64,000 bases of DNA from Chrysomallon squamiferum (Eukaryota > Animalia > Mollusca): assembly GCA_012295275.1 (NCBI GenBank), contig CM022669.1, positions 15,314,001 through 15,378,000 on the forward strand, read 5' to 3'. Below are positions 1 to 14,107 of this stretch, piece by piece. The position numbers were made by a program, and so were the translations under genes. The notes beneath the pieces are model-generated. The model had not been told where the DNA came from, made no database searches, and saw nothing but the letters and a program-made list of their open reading frames with translations. Every line of letters starts with the position of its first letter. The stretch's first letter is position 1.

Positions 1-195
1 TTGTCTTAAAACAATAGGAAAAAAAAATCACTAAAAAACAATAACACTGAATGTATCTAAAATACTCATATACACAGTTTGATCATTCAGTGATACTGAA
101 TTGGACTATACCAAATTCAATAGTGTTTGTGTCATGAAATTTCCTTTAAAAATAATATTGTGTTATACTACTACTACTACTACTACTACATTAAT

Positions 196-235
<40 letters not shown>

Positions 236-353
236 GTTGTTGTTATATTAAAATGTCCTTTGTAATTCTCATTATAACAATAACTGTAACTGACATCTAG
301 CTGATTGGAAATGTCTTCTTATTTACATTTAAATGAAAAATATAACAAATTAC

Positions 354-1528
354 CTTTTTCCAGATAGGGACTACTTCTTTTAACCTGTTAATGGCGTAGG
401 ACACTGCTTCAAGTGATTCTGTTCTGTGTGCTGAGGATACTGCAATGATTATACTTGATTCAGCAACTGGAACAATGCTAAAATAAATTTAAACAGTATC
501 TTGTAATACTATAAATCTACCCAACGATAAAACAACTAAGCTACAGCAAATATGTTTTCAGTTGTCATTTCTAACATCAATAATAATGTCTCAAGTATAA
601 TAAGGCAAAATATTTTGTATTGTTAGCATTAAATAAAATTAATGATGTGAAAATTTTTTAAAATCAGTAAAAAAAATATCTTAAAATGGTAACCTGACAT
701 TTCATGCATTTATCATTATTGTTGATATCTGAAACCTTAAACAGCAATTAAAAATCTGGATATGAATCGAAATGTGGACTCACCCTATCCGATGTTCAAT
801 AGCAATATTCTCCACGTCCCACTTGTTTCTGATTTCCTTGCAAACCTCTGTCATCTTCTTTTTCGCCATGTCTTCATAAGCTTCATACTCCAGTTTGACT
901 ACAGTTTTCTTATCACAATTGTCACGAGTAGTACCTTGAAATTGAAAAAAAATAAAATTGAAAAACAAATTCCTCTGGCTTCGTCTATTCCAGAATGAAA
1001 CAATTTTGATTTGTTTTGATAGATGAATAATTCAATGAATTACAGCAAATGTCTGGTGTGAAAATATCAGTTATAAATGTATATCAAATAAACTGTTTGA
1101 CTGTACTGAAATGTACTATGTGAAAAATAAAATATATTCATTTTTTGCTGGAACAAGGATTTCACAATAGGTTACGCCATTACTGCTGTGTATATTTCTA
1201 AATTTCAAATTAAAAACAAGTTTTCAGTATAAAAAAAAAAAAAAAAATGGAAAATAATTAAAAATGGAAACTGATTATAAACAAATAAATATTATTTAAA
1301 ACAGAAAAAAAAAATAATAATAAAAAATGTTGATACTGCTAACGAGGGATAAATTAACTCCCTTGTGGTTCAGTGTCTCTTTTTATTAATTCGTATTTTC
1401 AATTCATAAAATATGTAATATTTTTTTTTACCCATAAATGATGCTACTGCACCGCATCTTGGCGAGGTTACCAAACTTGTTAACTTTTCAATACTCAGTT
1501 TGTCCTCCCTAATAGCAACATGGTTCAT
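354..1528 (-). CDS. MOCS2B: Molybdopterin synthase catalytic (large) subunit, MoaE-like; 3' end lies beyond the left edge of the window
   Basis: Exons complement(1432..1528 [exon starts 1555]; 784..934; 354..477). Translation: [124 protein letters not shown]. MoaE motifs CGA..F.GTTRD, LEYEAY, HRIG, SSAHR and PIWKK are present. A donor follows PIWKK and I found no terminal exon in 1-353. Confidence 0.95.
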
Positions 1529-2150
1529 CCTTGACAGCAACACACACCTCAGTCTCTGCAACAACATCATTTAGAAATGAAAAAACTTATCCAAGTAGAT
1601 AAAAACAGTTTAAGAACGAGTCTGCTGTTATTGTTAGGGTTGTTTGGATGGATGGATGGATGAATGAATGAATGGATGGACAGAGGGATGGGTAAGTGAA
1701 CGAATGAGTTGATGGACTCATTAAGATGAAAAGAATTAGAGTGTTGAATACATTAATGACCGGATGAATGAATAGATGGAGTGTAGGAAATATAAAGCAA
1801 AAAACTGGGCAATGGATACAAATGAAAGAAATTTCTTATCTAATACTTTCTCAAAGCCAGAAATCTTATTTTATCACCATTAACTTTATGGCTAATAAGT
1901 TGATAGGTGTCATCACTGAACATTCTTCATTCAGTTACTACTTATCACTCATTTATTCACTCATTCGTTCACCTGTCAATTATTTATTCACTCGTTCACT
2001 CACTCATTTATACATCAATTTACCTATCAATCATTTATTCACTCAAACTTTCGTCTCACTAATTTATTTATTCATTCATTCATTCACCTGTTACTCAACC
2101 GTTCACTCATCCATTGACCTACCATTTGCTCATTACTCACATCTACTCAC

Positions 2151-2887
2151 CTAGCCTCCACTTATAGGTGGGATAATGGCCAATTCATCCCCTGTAAAGA
2201 AACGCTGAGGTTCGTCACTAAGTTCCAGGTAGTCTTCGTTCAGTGACAAAACAAGATTTTCAGAAATTGGAGTCAAACTGTGCAAACAATTTAAAAAAAT
2301 TATATAAATAAATAAAAACATACATTATCATAATAATAATTTATACTCCACTGTCTAATCTTTCATTTCTAAAATTAATGTCTACTTGTGATTTTCAAAA
2401 CTGAAAAATATATATATATATAAAATTTAAAAATGAATCTCTCTTATCATAATAATTATAATAATAATACATAGTTCCATGTAGTCTTTTATTTCTAACA
2501 TTAAAAGTGTTATAAGTGGCATTTCACAAAACTTTCAGAAAATAATTCCTGATAATTCCTGGTATTTTTGTCTTTTTCCAGACCGCAGTGACTTCTAGAA
2601 AACTATCAACTGCAGGCATGAAACATATAAGTGACTGCAGAATCATCAGTGATCCCTAGGTTTTATTGCCCATTCCAGGTTATGCTCCTTGACTTTCTAT
2701 GAAAGTTAATAGAGTGTGTTTTCTGTCTGTGAGAAGGTTGCTATAAAATATTCCCTGCTACTAATCTGTAAGATATCTGTAAGATAGAACTGTGGCTGTA
2801 GGTTTCCTCTTTTGGATAAAAATATTCAAAATAAATAAACAAAAAAACAAACAAACAAACAAATGAAAGAACCACTTAATAAGAATA

Positions 2888-2918
<31 letters not shown>

Positions 2919-3179
2919 ACAAACTAACACGCACAAATAAACAAATAAATAAAAGAAGCACCAAATAAATAAATAAATAAATAAATAAAAAGTAATATTA
3001 AAATGTGTTGAAGTGGTATTTAATTCTAACCTAGGATAATGTTGGAGAATGAATTGAAAAAGCTGTCGAGATGACAGTTCCTTTGGCACGCTGATATCTG
3101 TCGAATGTTCTCCTACCAGTTCCCGACTCTTTGCAAAAAAGAGAAGTTTCACCTGCAACATAAACAACTTATATATTTT

Positions 3180-3231
<52 letters not shown>

Positions 3232-3394
3232 GAGGCTGCCAAGGTTACATTTTTAATTTTTATGTAAACTTAAAGTTAATAAAAGAATAATTTAAACGTT
3301 TGGCATTACTCATAATTCAAACCTCCCTACTTATTTTCTTTCACTCTGTCTCGTTTTCTCACAGTCAAACATTTTTATAATGTTAACTGATACA

Positions 3395-3463
<69 letters not shown>

Positions 3464-3976
3464 TCACATATATAATAATTTACATGCTAAAACAGACATA
3501 CACACAGATGTACTGAACTCAGACCTAACACCTAGGCAATGAAAATCAAAATGGCAGGTGCTAAAACAATAAAGTCAAGTTCAACTTCAGTTCATTTCAC
3601 CATATTTATTACAGTCAACAAATAAACATAAGACAATGATAATTGAAAAAATACTGTTTTGTGTTGATTTATGATTTACAAGGTAATGTTAGTTCTAGAC
3701 ATAAAAGGTTAATTTTATTTAATTTTAGCTTTGCTGTAAGTTTTCTTTAGATAGCAGTATCTGATTTCACGAAATGTGAAGTCCAAAAAGGCACAAAAAG
3801 CAAACAGGTGTTTACACCTCAAAACACACACACACACAAACACAACCTACTTCACACACACAGCCTACTTCATCACAAACACACACAGATATACAGCCTA
3901 CTTCACACAAACACTAACATTTACACACAATCTAATAATACAACATACTAATACAAATAATACACAAACACACCAT

Positions 3977-4007
<31 letters not shown>

Positions 4008-4346
4008 ACACACACACTAAAACAATACAAATTAACAGAAAAAAATGTATTTCAATATATTACATTTAGTTATTACATTGCGCAAACAGTATTCTGCTTA
4101 CAAGTTACCCTTTTACAGAAAAGTTTAATGAATATTTGCCAAGAAGAATTTTAATGTATAATTCATCAGGCAAAAGTCCTTAATTAAAATGCATGAGCAT
4201 ACAGCAAATTAGATGCAGTACTATAAAAGCATCTAGCCAGTAATGGAATTAATGACTTAACAAAATGAATAATAAAAAATTTCACATTTTGTGAGTTGAT
4301 ATAGTGCTAAGCAATTCTTTCTGCTTTTTATTATTTATTTATTTAT

Positions 4347-4404
<58 letters not shown>

Positions 4405-5719
4405 ATTAATTAATTATTATTGAATATCAAAGTTTATGAATAATTATAATTTCTTGTTAATTTTTTCTTCTTCTTTTTTTTCCCCTTTCTTTAGAGAAGT
4501 GTGTGTCTCAAGAAACATATCATAAGTGAATAAATGTATGGTACTGTACTATTTCTGCTCTGCATTATCAAATTACCTTTTTAAAATGACAACAATTAAT
4601 ATACCAGTGTTAAATACTGTGTCTGATCATTCCTAGAATACAAGGTACTTGTTAATATTAGGACACTAATTTCAGGTCAGTTGTTATAAATAAGACTAAT
4701 TCATAGTCTGTAGTTACAAATAACACTTATCATTCCTAGAAAACAAGTTACGTGTTAATATTAAGCTGCTAATTTATAGTTAGTTGTTACAGTTAACACT
4801 AATTCATAGTCTGTTGTTACAGTTAAGATGTTTTCATAGTCAGTATGACAATTTGACAATGTGACTATGGATTTATTCTCATAAACTGTAGAAGAATGTT
4901 TTACAGATACATAATAAGAAACTTAAAATGGACAGTCGTTACTAATTAAAAATCTAATTCAATCAGTTGTTGTAACTAATCTCTTCATTAGCATAGCTAA
5001 GTGGTGTGATGTGCATCCTTATTTATACTGAGCAGTTTTCACTTTTGGGGTTGGATTCCATTATTATGTTAATTATATTTGAAAATTGGAATGAGTGCCC
5101 TAAATAAAATTTATACAGTTTTCACAATGAAAAGTGCAACATGTGAAAAATAATCAAATAATTTTAAGAAACTATGGCAATCTGAACAATAACTGCATTT
5201 TGTAATAGAAGCATCTGCCTACATTTGTGAATCATTTAAAAATTAAAAATTTTGTCATGGAGAAAATCTGAACTTTGGTGCAAATAGATAACAGGAATTC
5301 TTTCTGTTTTAATTCAGTGTTCTATGACCCACTTAAGTAGTCGCTATAGTTATAGGATAATCAGAATTATGATCACTGTAGTTGTCATCAAATGTATACA
5401 AGAGTCTGACAGATTAACAAAATAATCCACAAATATTTATTTTTAATTAATGATGTTTAAAAATTTCTTAGATCTCTGCTTGTTACCAATGCTCTTTTGT
5501 GTTAATGCCCCTCCCTCACCCAAGGAATTTAAAATCATTATAAAGGATTAACTGTTAGTGGTGTCTTGATCTGTTATGTTATGTAACAGTAGCCAAAAGT
5601 CATATGTTTTAAATATGCAGTTGTTCTTAATATAAGTAAAATATTTTCAACAGAATATAAAACTTGATTTCACTTGTGAAATAATGGTTATTTACTGTTG
5701 GCACATTTTTAACAAACAG

Positions 5720-5785
<66 letters not shown>

Positions 5786-6151
5786 TAATTAATTAATTTG
5801 TTAACTGATCGGTTCTCAGATATTTCATAAGTATCAAGGTGAACAATGAATACTATATATATGTTTACATATTTTACAATACAATACCGTGAATGCGAAT
5901 ATTCTAACTGAACTCCATAGAAAAAAGAATACTGAATGTTTATCTCAATATGATGAATATCTGTAAAGTGTAATCGTGGATTCAAATACAAACGATAAGT
6001 AACCTAATTCTGTCATATGTTACTTGAATATCTGAAATAATATTACTGACAGTGAAGCTCAGTTAAGTATCAGTTTGGTTATAAATGGTAAGCGAAATCA
6101 GTAAAAAAAAAAAGGAATGATACGTACGCAAACATAAGCCTCTTCCTCCAT
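2151..6151 (-). CDS. MOCS2A: Molybdopterin synthase sulfur-carrier (small) subunit, MoaD/ThiS-like, 90 aa, 3 coding exons
   Basis: Exons complement(6128..6151; 3031..3152; 2151..2277), all GT-AG with compatible phases. Translation: MEEEAYVC-VKLLFFAKSRELVGEHSTDISVPKELSSRQLFQFILQHYP-SLTPISENLVLSLNEDYLELSDEPQRFFTGDELAIIPPISGG*. It has the V.LLFFA.SRE N-terminal motif and the diagnostic GDE.AIIPPISGG C-terminus. Exon 1 (8 codons) is less certain than exons 2-3. Confidence 0.93.
3183..3462. repeat. (GT)n at about 3183-3228 and (CA)n at about 3398-3462, mutually inverted
   Basis: Directly visible. Confidence 0.9.
4627..4830. repeat. Diverged tandem duplication of about 103 bp, built from about 30-bp subunits, in MOCS2 intron 1
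   Basis: tcattcctagaa.acaag.tac.tgttaatatta occurs near 4627 and 4730; ctaattcatagtctgt.gttaca recurs. Confidence 0.75.
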
Positions 6152-6569
6152 CGACAACACATAGTACCTGACTACCTTTCAGTACATTTGTTGTGTCTTG
6201 AGAGTGATCTCCCTTACTATGTGCGACAATGGCATTCAAGTTTCGACAGCGCTCTCTTTCACCTATACACGCATATACACTATTCCACTTGAATAATTTT
6301 TATCTACATATGTGAAAAAAGAAAAGAAAAAAAATAGTTTCTGCTAACAATTAACTCAATCAGCTAACGAGGGCCGGTAGTACATCACAATTAAAGTTTT
6401 AAGTATAAATTATTAAATATCATAATTCATAGTAGATTTTGTTAACTGTCGGACCCAAAACAGTGGTAAGGACTCTTTTTTCGTGAAATCCTAGTTCCGT
6501 TCCTGATCATTAATTTATAATCATTATTATGAAATAAATACAGATATTGTTATTTTGAAACTTTAAAAA

Positions 6570-6613
<44 letters not shown>

Positions 6614-7261
6614 AATAAATAAACGTAAAGAAAAAATAAGTAGTTATTTAGCATTGTTAATTATGTAATTGTAATTTATAACTAAATATTTAAAACTGCT
6701 AAATAACTAGTTGTGTAAGCCATTAAATTTATGTGGGAACAATAAATAAAGAAATGAATAATAAAAACGTGTTAAATCAAAAAGCTAGATCACAATGTTA
6801 TTGTTCCGAACAGATGATTATTTTTTTATAGACCTAATTGAATGCTTATCCCTTCAGTATTTTATTGAAATGAAATGTCCCGTATTTTGACTTATCAAGA
6901 CAATGTACGGCTATATATAACCTAACCTGAAAAGGTATAAATTTCAAAATTCTTCCGGAACAATCGAAAAGCATTAAATATTTAGTGCGTACGAACAAAA
7001 TGCTTAGCGACATTTAGGTGTGTCCCTGCATTGTTCGTCTGCTTTGTCAGAGACATGACTAACAAGTTTGTATTGATTGTGACCCGGCCGATAAATCAGA
7101 AATATCGTGTACTTTGCTACGTATCCTTCATGACTTTCAAGATAATGATGACAATTCAAAGCTGATAATTATCTTCTTTGTCGAAAACATCGATCAGTTT
7201 ACAAAGAAAGGAACAGTAATTAATTACTAGTTCTGAAGAAGAATTGCTGTAATTAATACAC

Positions 7262-7330
<69 letters not shown>

Positions 7331-9467
7331 ATTATTATTATTTTTTTTTTTTATTATGATTATTATTTTCTCGCCCCACCTTTTTTTTTCTTTTCTTTTT
7401 TTGTGGCCTTATAGCTTAGTTTCTCATTACAATATTTTCAATATTCTGCCATTTAAATCATGATGGGCAACATTTTTCGAGAAGCAGGCAGCGGTCCGCC
7501 GTTTGCCCATGACTGATTTAAATAAATAAATAAATAACTGCTACTACTACTACTAAAAAAAAAAAAAAAAAAAATAAAAAAAAAATAAAAAAAATATATA
7601 AAATAAATAAATAGTAGTAAAGATCAACGACCATTTTAAACTTGACAAACAAATAACAGCGGTACTTATTTTTGCTGAATAAACGAAGTTAATACTATAT
7701 TTTTATAAGAATTTCAGTAATGCATTTTAACATTTTAATCATTGGATTATTGCCAGAATTTTGAGAATCAGGACGACATATTTCATTCCGTAGAATATAC
7801 GTATTGATTTGTTTCAAGATCTATCTATGATCTTCGTTAGATAGTAAACCATGTAACACATTTGACACATGGCCAGTTTTTTCATAATACAACACAGTGT
7901 TGTTGTTGCTGCTTTTTTTTTTTTTTTTTTTTTTTTTCTGCTTTTTTGTTGGTGTTTAAAATATTTATGTATAAAACACACACACACACACACACACACA
8001 CATAAAAAACATGATGCGCGCGTACTGTACCTGAAACCTATAATCGCTTCGCCATTAAGGCTGTAAATTTAAAAAAAAAAAAATAATAAAATAACAAAAT
8101 TGAAACAAAAATAAAATAAAATGTTAATAATAAATAAATAAGAAAGAAAAATAATGATAATAATAATTCCTTTTTTAATTTATTTATTTTTAACTACTTG
8201 ATTCGCAAATCTTTCCGATCATTACAATGTATCTCTACAACGCATACACACATACACAGACACACATATACACATATATGCACGCACATATTATATATAT
8301 ATGCACACACACACACATACACACACATACACACACCAACACACACACACACAAACACATACCCACACAAAAAACTAAAACAAAATTATACTGAACCTTA
8401 TTTATTTATTTACTTCCTTACTTACATATTTGAAATAACTCCATCTTCATTTAAATAAAAGCTTTAATCGTGAAACAACAATTAATTTATTATTCAAACA
8501 CGTAAGATAGCAGTCTGAACATTTATATTCTCCAGTAACAATATTTACTGAAATTATATAATTAAAATAAAAACATTTTCATTTAATATTTATAATTACG
8601 TTCCGTCACATAGAAATTGCGTCACAATTTGCTCATAATTTACAAAGGACTAACATTATCGAAACTAAATGTCAAAACAATAAAACAAATGTTCTAGTAT
8701 TATACGATTAGGAAAATATTAAGTATTTCGGTGTTTAGAAATTATATATTTAATTTTTAAGTTTGAATTTGAACACGACTACTTCTTAAGGTAAATCTAC
8801 TTTTTAGGTATATATATATTCTTTCTATTTTTCTTTTTACCATTTTAAACTCGGTCATTTTCGTAACGGGCATGCGCACCTGTAATCACAATCCGACTTT
8901 ACATGCTGGCCGTCTGGCTTAAGATTTAAACACCTAGAGAGACCGTTGGTATTTTGTTTTTCCTAACATAATTTGTTAACATAATTCCAAACTTGTCTAT
9001 TCAATAAGAATTTGTTTTCTGTTTGTTTACTGTTTATTTACGTGTAACGCTTTCTGCCCCTCAAAATTTGTCACCAACTTCCTCTACTGCCATCCTATAA
9101 ATAACTTGCAAAGAAATCTAACAAAATATGTTTTTAAGTGTACACATAATTGTTTTTTTCATCTATGGTATTGTAAATAATCTATTTAATAATTTATACA
9201 TTTAATTTTTGATTCCATTCCGCAATCAGTTTGTTTTAAAAAAGAAAGTCAGATAAAACTCAAATGACACTTCCTTAGTCTGTATTGTAACAGACATAAG
9301 GTGAAAAAAAAAGGTCTTTGCTTCTTTCTTTTTCTTTTCTTATCTTTCTTTCTTTTTTTTTTTTTTTCTTTTTTTAAAACCAAACAGAAGAATAGGCATT
9401 ACAAATTATTAAACCGATATTGTGAATACAGAAGAAATGAATTGTAAACAAAATAAGATTATTGTAA

Positions 9468-9468
<1 letters not shown>

Positions 9469-9558
<90 letters not shown>
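9469..9558. repeat. (TTA)n microsatellite; similar tracts at about 4349-4403, 5721-5783, 17273-17404, 18622-18810, 36395-36450 and 51862-51913
   Basis: Directly visible. Confidence 0.95.
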
Positions 9559-9559
<1 letters not shown>

Positions 9560-12515
9560 TGTTCCTACTACTGTTTCGGCTGCTGCTGCTGCTGCTGTTA
9601 TTGCTACTAATATTAAAGATTTAATATTAGGAATATTGTATTAATATTATTAGTCTATATCTGAGAACAGAAGTGCTTTACATTTTGGATACGAGGTCCA
9701 TTTTTCCACTATCTGTCTATACGTCATCGCATACAACGATGGCAACTTTGCTCTATTTTCTTCTGGAACTATCAGAAAAAAAAAAAAAAAAAATTGTAAG
9801 CGATGACGCTATAGATCTCTTTGTGATGAAGTCAAATGACGGCGTTCGAATGCTTAATAATACTATTATATTTTAATATTAAAAACTGTTACTCCCCGAA
9901 ATTATAATCGCCAAAAATAATAAAATAATAAATTGAAAATACTAAGAATTTTATTAGACCATTTATTATTAATGCTACAGGTACATTTTAACCGTATTTT
10001 CCCATTAATTCAGACTTGGATACACGTACATAAATCCTAATTCTCGGAAATATTCATGTTATATCAATCATGTCATTCTTTATCTTGTCATTTTCAGCTG
10101 TTTTGTTGAAATTCTTTTTTTCTTTTTTCTTTTCCCTTATTACCAATAACATCCATAGGCGCAATGACACAATAACCTGCTTTTATTACGTAATTGATTA
10201 ATTTAACCGTTTTAACTGTTCTAATTGATTTTCACCTAAATTGTTATAATAATAAACATTATATGAGACAGCCAGGTCATGCACGTGTTAGTTGTTTCAA
10301 ATAACTGTCAGGAGATTCACACTGTTGACTAATTTAACACAAAATACAAAAAAATACAAAAAATAAAAATTACAAATGTAATTATAATCGGTGCTGTCTC
10401 AGGCATCTGTATTTAGCTTCTATGTTACAGAACAGTTTAACTTTTATAGGATATTTAAGTTTTAACTTTCGCACATAATTCTAATTTTATTTATTAGCAG
10501 CTGACACGAAATTTTTGATTTCTTAACATTCCTCTTTAGCATTTTTCCGCAATCCCAAACCAGTATGAATAACTAACACATCAAATAAAAATTATCGTTT
10601 AATAGAATTTATACCAAAAAAAAAACACTTATTAATCAACTTTACATTTGTTTAAGTAATATGGTAATTAGTACAATATTCAAGTATTTATGTATAAAAT
10701 ATATATATCTGATCGACACGTAAATATACATTACATCGATGTATATAATTATATGTAGTTTTGCTAGGATTTGTGTCGCTCCACTGCCTCTGTAACCTAC
10801 AGCCAGTAACACTTCATTAGATACCAATGTTTGCATAGGAGTAACTGGCCTTCTGTTCTTATGGACGGTCAGAATTATTTGTTCGTCGTTTTGACAGCTA
10901 ACCAATATAATGTGAACAAATCTTGAGAAACATATCTGTTATAATTCCTAGCAAGATACTAATGGAATGAATGGTAGTATTTATTTATTTACTTGTTTAT
11001 TTTATTTGTTTACTTGTTATTGGTTGCCTTTTTATTGTTTTGTGTTTTTTTGTGTTAATTTTTTATTGTTGACTGGGCAGGTTTGTTACTTTTGTTTGTT
11101 TATTTTTAGCTCGCCAAAAATAACATGCACGCCTGGGTTTTATTTTTCACGATCTAATTGTCGACGTATTTTTTAGGTTCGTGTTTATTATTTTGATGAC
11201 ATGAAATACGTTGTTATGAAAATGCTAAACAAAAGAGAAATAAATATTCGTTTGCATCCAAAGATACAGTAGTATTAGTGATAGTATTAGTAGTGTTAGA
11301 TTCAGTATAAACTGTGATAGTAGTAATAGTAGTTGTGCTGGTATTGGTGTAGGTAGTAGAAGTTGTTGATTTTGTACAAAATTATGTTATCGGTAGTTGA
11401 ATAAATAATAGAAAACAGTTGCTATGTAGGAACTGAGGTAAATTTATATAAATTTAAGTGTCAATTCAGTGAAAAACAATAGTTGTTAATCCAGTCACTG
11501 TAACGAACTTCTGTAACTGATTACAAATCATGCAAGAAAATATTTCTAATGAGGTCCTAATCTAACTGAAAACCAAAAAATATGATGATTCCTATGGTAT
11601 TTATTTTAATTCGTATTTATTTATTTACGGTGTATTATCAGTTTTTGTTCTCCAAGCATGTTTGTTGTATAATTTGTTTTTTTTTTTTTATTTATTTTTT
11701 TTATTCAACATAACAATATTTGGATAATTTCTGTACGAAAGGTACTAGTTACTTAAGATCGTCACGTAGACTGTCCTAAACCTCCTGAGACACTCTTGTC
11801 AGTGAAGCGCATTACTCGCACGCAAACACGCACGCACGCACGCTCGCAAAACACACACACACACATACTAGTAACACGACCGATTTAAACTGGCAGTTTT
11901 GTAGCAACTGAAAGTGTTAAATTTTCTTCAATTCAGAAGCTGGTCGCCTAACAAACTGATGTCACCATGTCATATCGACTTGATGGAACGTCAGCTAGGA
12001 CAGCCAAACAAGGTCACTTTTTAAAATATTTCTTACATATTTTATCTACAGTGATGTCTTTATATAAAACTTTATTAGTCAACAGATGTATTTCGTTAAT
12101 TTAAAAATTAATTGAAACGGCAATCGGATAAGTTAATAAGAAATAAACCCAATCGATATGGGGAGGGGGAGAAATAAATAAAAAGAATCCTTTACCTCAT
12201 AGTTAAAATGAAAGAAAAAAAAAAAGATGAAAATAACAAATGTCTCGTGTGCGTATATAAACACAAAACATAACACTCACCTCCCACACACAACACACAA
12301 AAAGAATACTGAAGAAGAAATGACGTGATTATAAATATAAAGACTTGTGGAATTTAGGTTATAAATGTATTTTGATAATCCAAAATGATTGGCATTATAC
12401 TATAATTCAAAGACAAATTTAATGTCAACGCTACAGGTTTTAACAAGATTTTTTTAGAGGGAGTTAACCCAAGCTACTTCCTTAAACTGCAGTGCGTTTT
12501 TCTTTTCTATATTAC

Positions 12516-12556
<41 letters not shown>

Positions 12557-13955
12557 GTATTATTTACACGCTTTCGTAGTTTATTTATTTGTTTATTTAG
12601 TTTTATGTTATTATTTGTGAATTGTTTTAAGCGTCTCGGTTATAGAAACAGTAGTGTTTATAATGACTACGGCTTGGATCGGATTACCCAATAAGAGGCC
12701 AAAAACAATATTCAGTTCCACTTCATTCATTTGAGTAAGGACCACGCATTAGGCCTGTTCATGTCAATGGTATTGAAAGGATTACTCGGCCAACTGAATA
12801 TCTATTTATATGCATTTATACTGTTGCCATTCGTTACCGGTAACTATTAAATTCGGGCATTAACTTAGATTTTTAATTTTTATTTATTTATTAGTTTAGT
12901 ATATGTATATATATTTGTTGTTTTTTCACTTAATTCAGAAAACACTGGTTTATAATATATGTTTTTATTTGTTTGTTATCTATTCGGAAGATACATGACA
13001 CAAAACGCTAAACCTATATCTAATTATTTCGTGATTTTTTTTCTTAATGGTTTACGAAAAACAGTGTTAACAGTCTATATAACCATAACCAATTAATAAA
13101 CTGTAAGTATTATCTGGTGTATAGGACCGTAGCCCGAACGCTATGGAATAAATTGCTGCTAACAATCGTTTGTGTATTGTGTGTGATTTCTTTGACACCG
13201 TAAGCGCCTATTCGCGTCAGTGGTTTTGGGCAAAGAAGATTTGGTAACGGTTTTAGTGGCGACTCGCTGTAATGCGCTTTATATGAGTCAGCTTGAGGGA
13301 TATTAATTATGCTTACGAGCAAACAACCATGGGGACAAGAACACTAAAATATTTTCACCTACATTACAATGTGAATATTCTTTGTCGCGATTAACAACTG
13401 CTAGTTGACACAACTTGTGGAATCAATGCACCACGTGTTTTTAACATACTGTCTTTTCGATGTGGGTATTCTCAGTAACGTACCCAAGGACTGCAATAAC
13501 TGTGGTAAATAATTTATTTCCATAAGAAAAAGTCACAATATCAGAATGTGGATCGTAGTGTTTGCTTATCAACCGACGTTTCGGACTAATACTTTTACGG
13601 ACGTCTTTTCTAAATACCTTTTTTATTTTATCATTACGAACTTTTAATTCAGGGGGAAAAAAAAAACAAAAAGAAAAACACAAAATATAACCCCAACAAC
13701 AACGGAAAAACAAACAACAAAAAAGTAATATCAAGAGTTTTATGAACCATATTATTTAGTGTGTGTTATTTCGTTTTCGTATCATGATGACAGTGAAAAA
13801 ATAACAACAAAACAACAACCGTAAAACGTTTGTTACATTCCTAGACGCTTTCTAGCGTCGAAATCTAATCAGTCCGCGAGTTAAAAAGTCTTAGACTGTT
13901 AATTGCCAATTGTTTGTTGATTATAATTAAATATTTACTATTTTAAATTTTTCAG

Positions 13956-14039
13956 ATGACCGCAAATGAAATGTCGTCTAGGTTTTGTATCGTCTGCTAC
14001 CCAGGTTACGTGATTTTAACTGGTATGTTAATCGCGTAG
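13956..14039 (+). promoter_or_regulatory. Candidate uORF (27 aa) in the spliced 5'UTR of Nav2
   Basis: The acceptor tttttcag at 13955 is immediately followed by ATG and the ORF MTANEMSSRFCIVCYPGYVILTGMLIA*, which ends 68 nt before the main ATG. Confidence 0.45.
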
Positions 14040-14107
14040 AAGCAAACGACAAAATTGGCAAACGTGTGTCTGCTGCCAGGAAGTTTTACTAATGTTTTTA
14101 AAACGAA

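Noticed and set aside
1768-2154. 128-aa plus-strand ORF in the MOCS2 intron
   Set aside because: Built from degenerate (ATTC/ACTC) tetranucleotide repeats; not protein-like.
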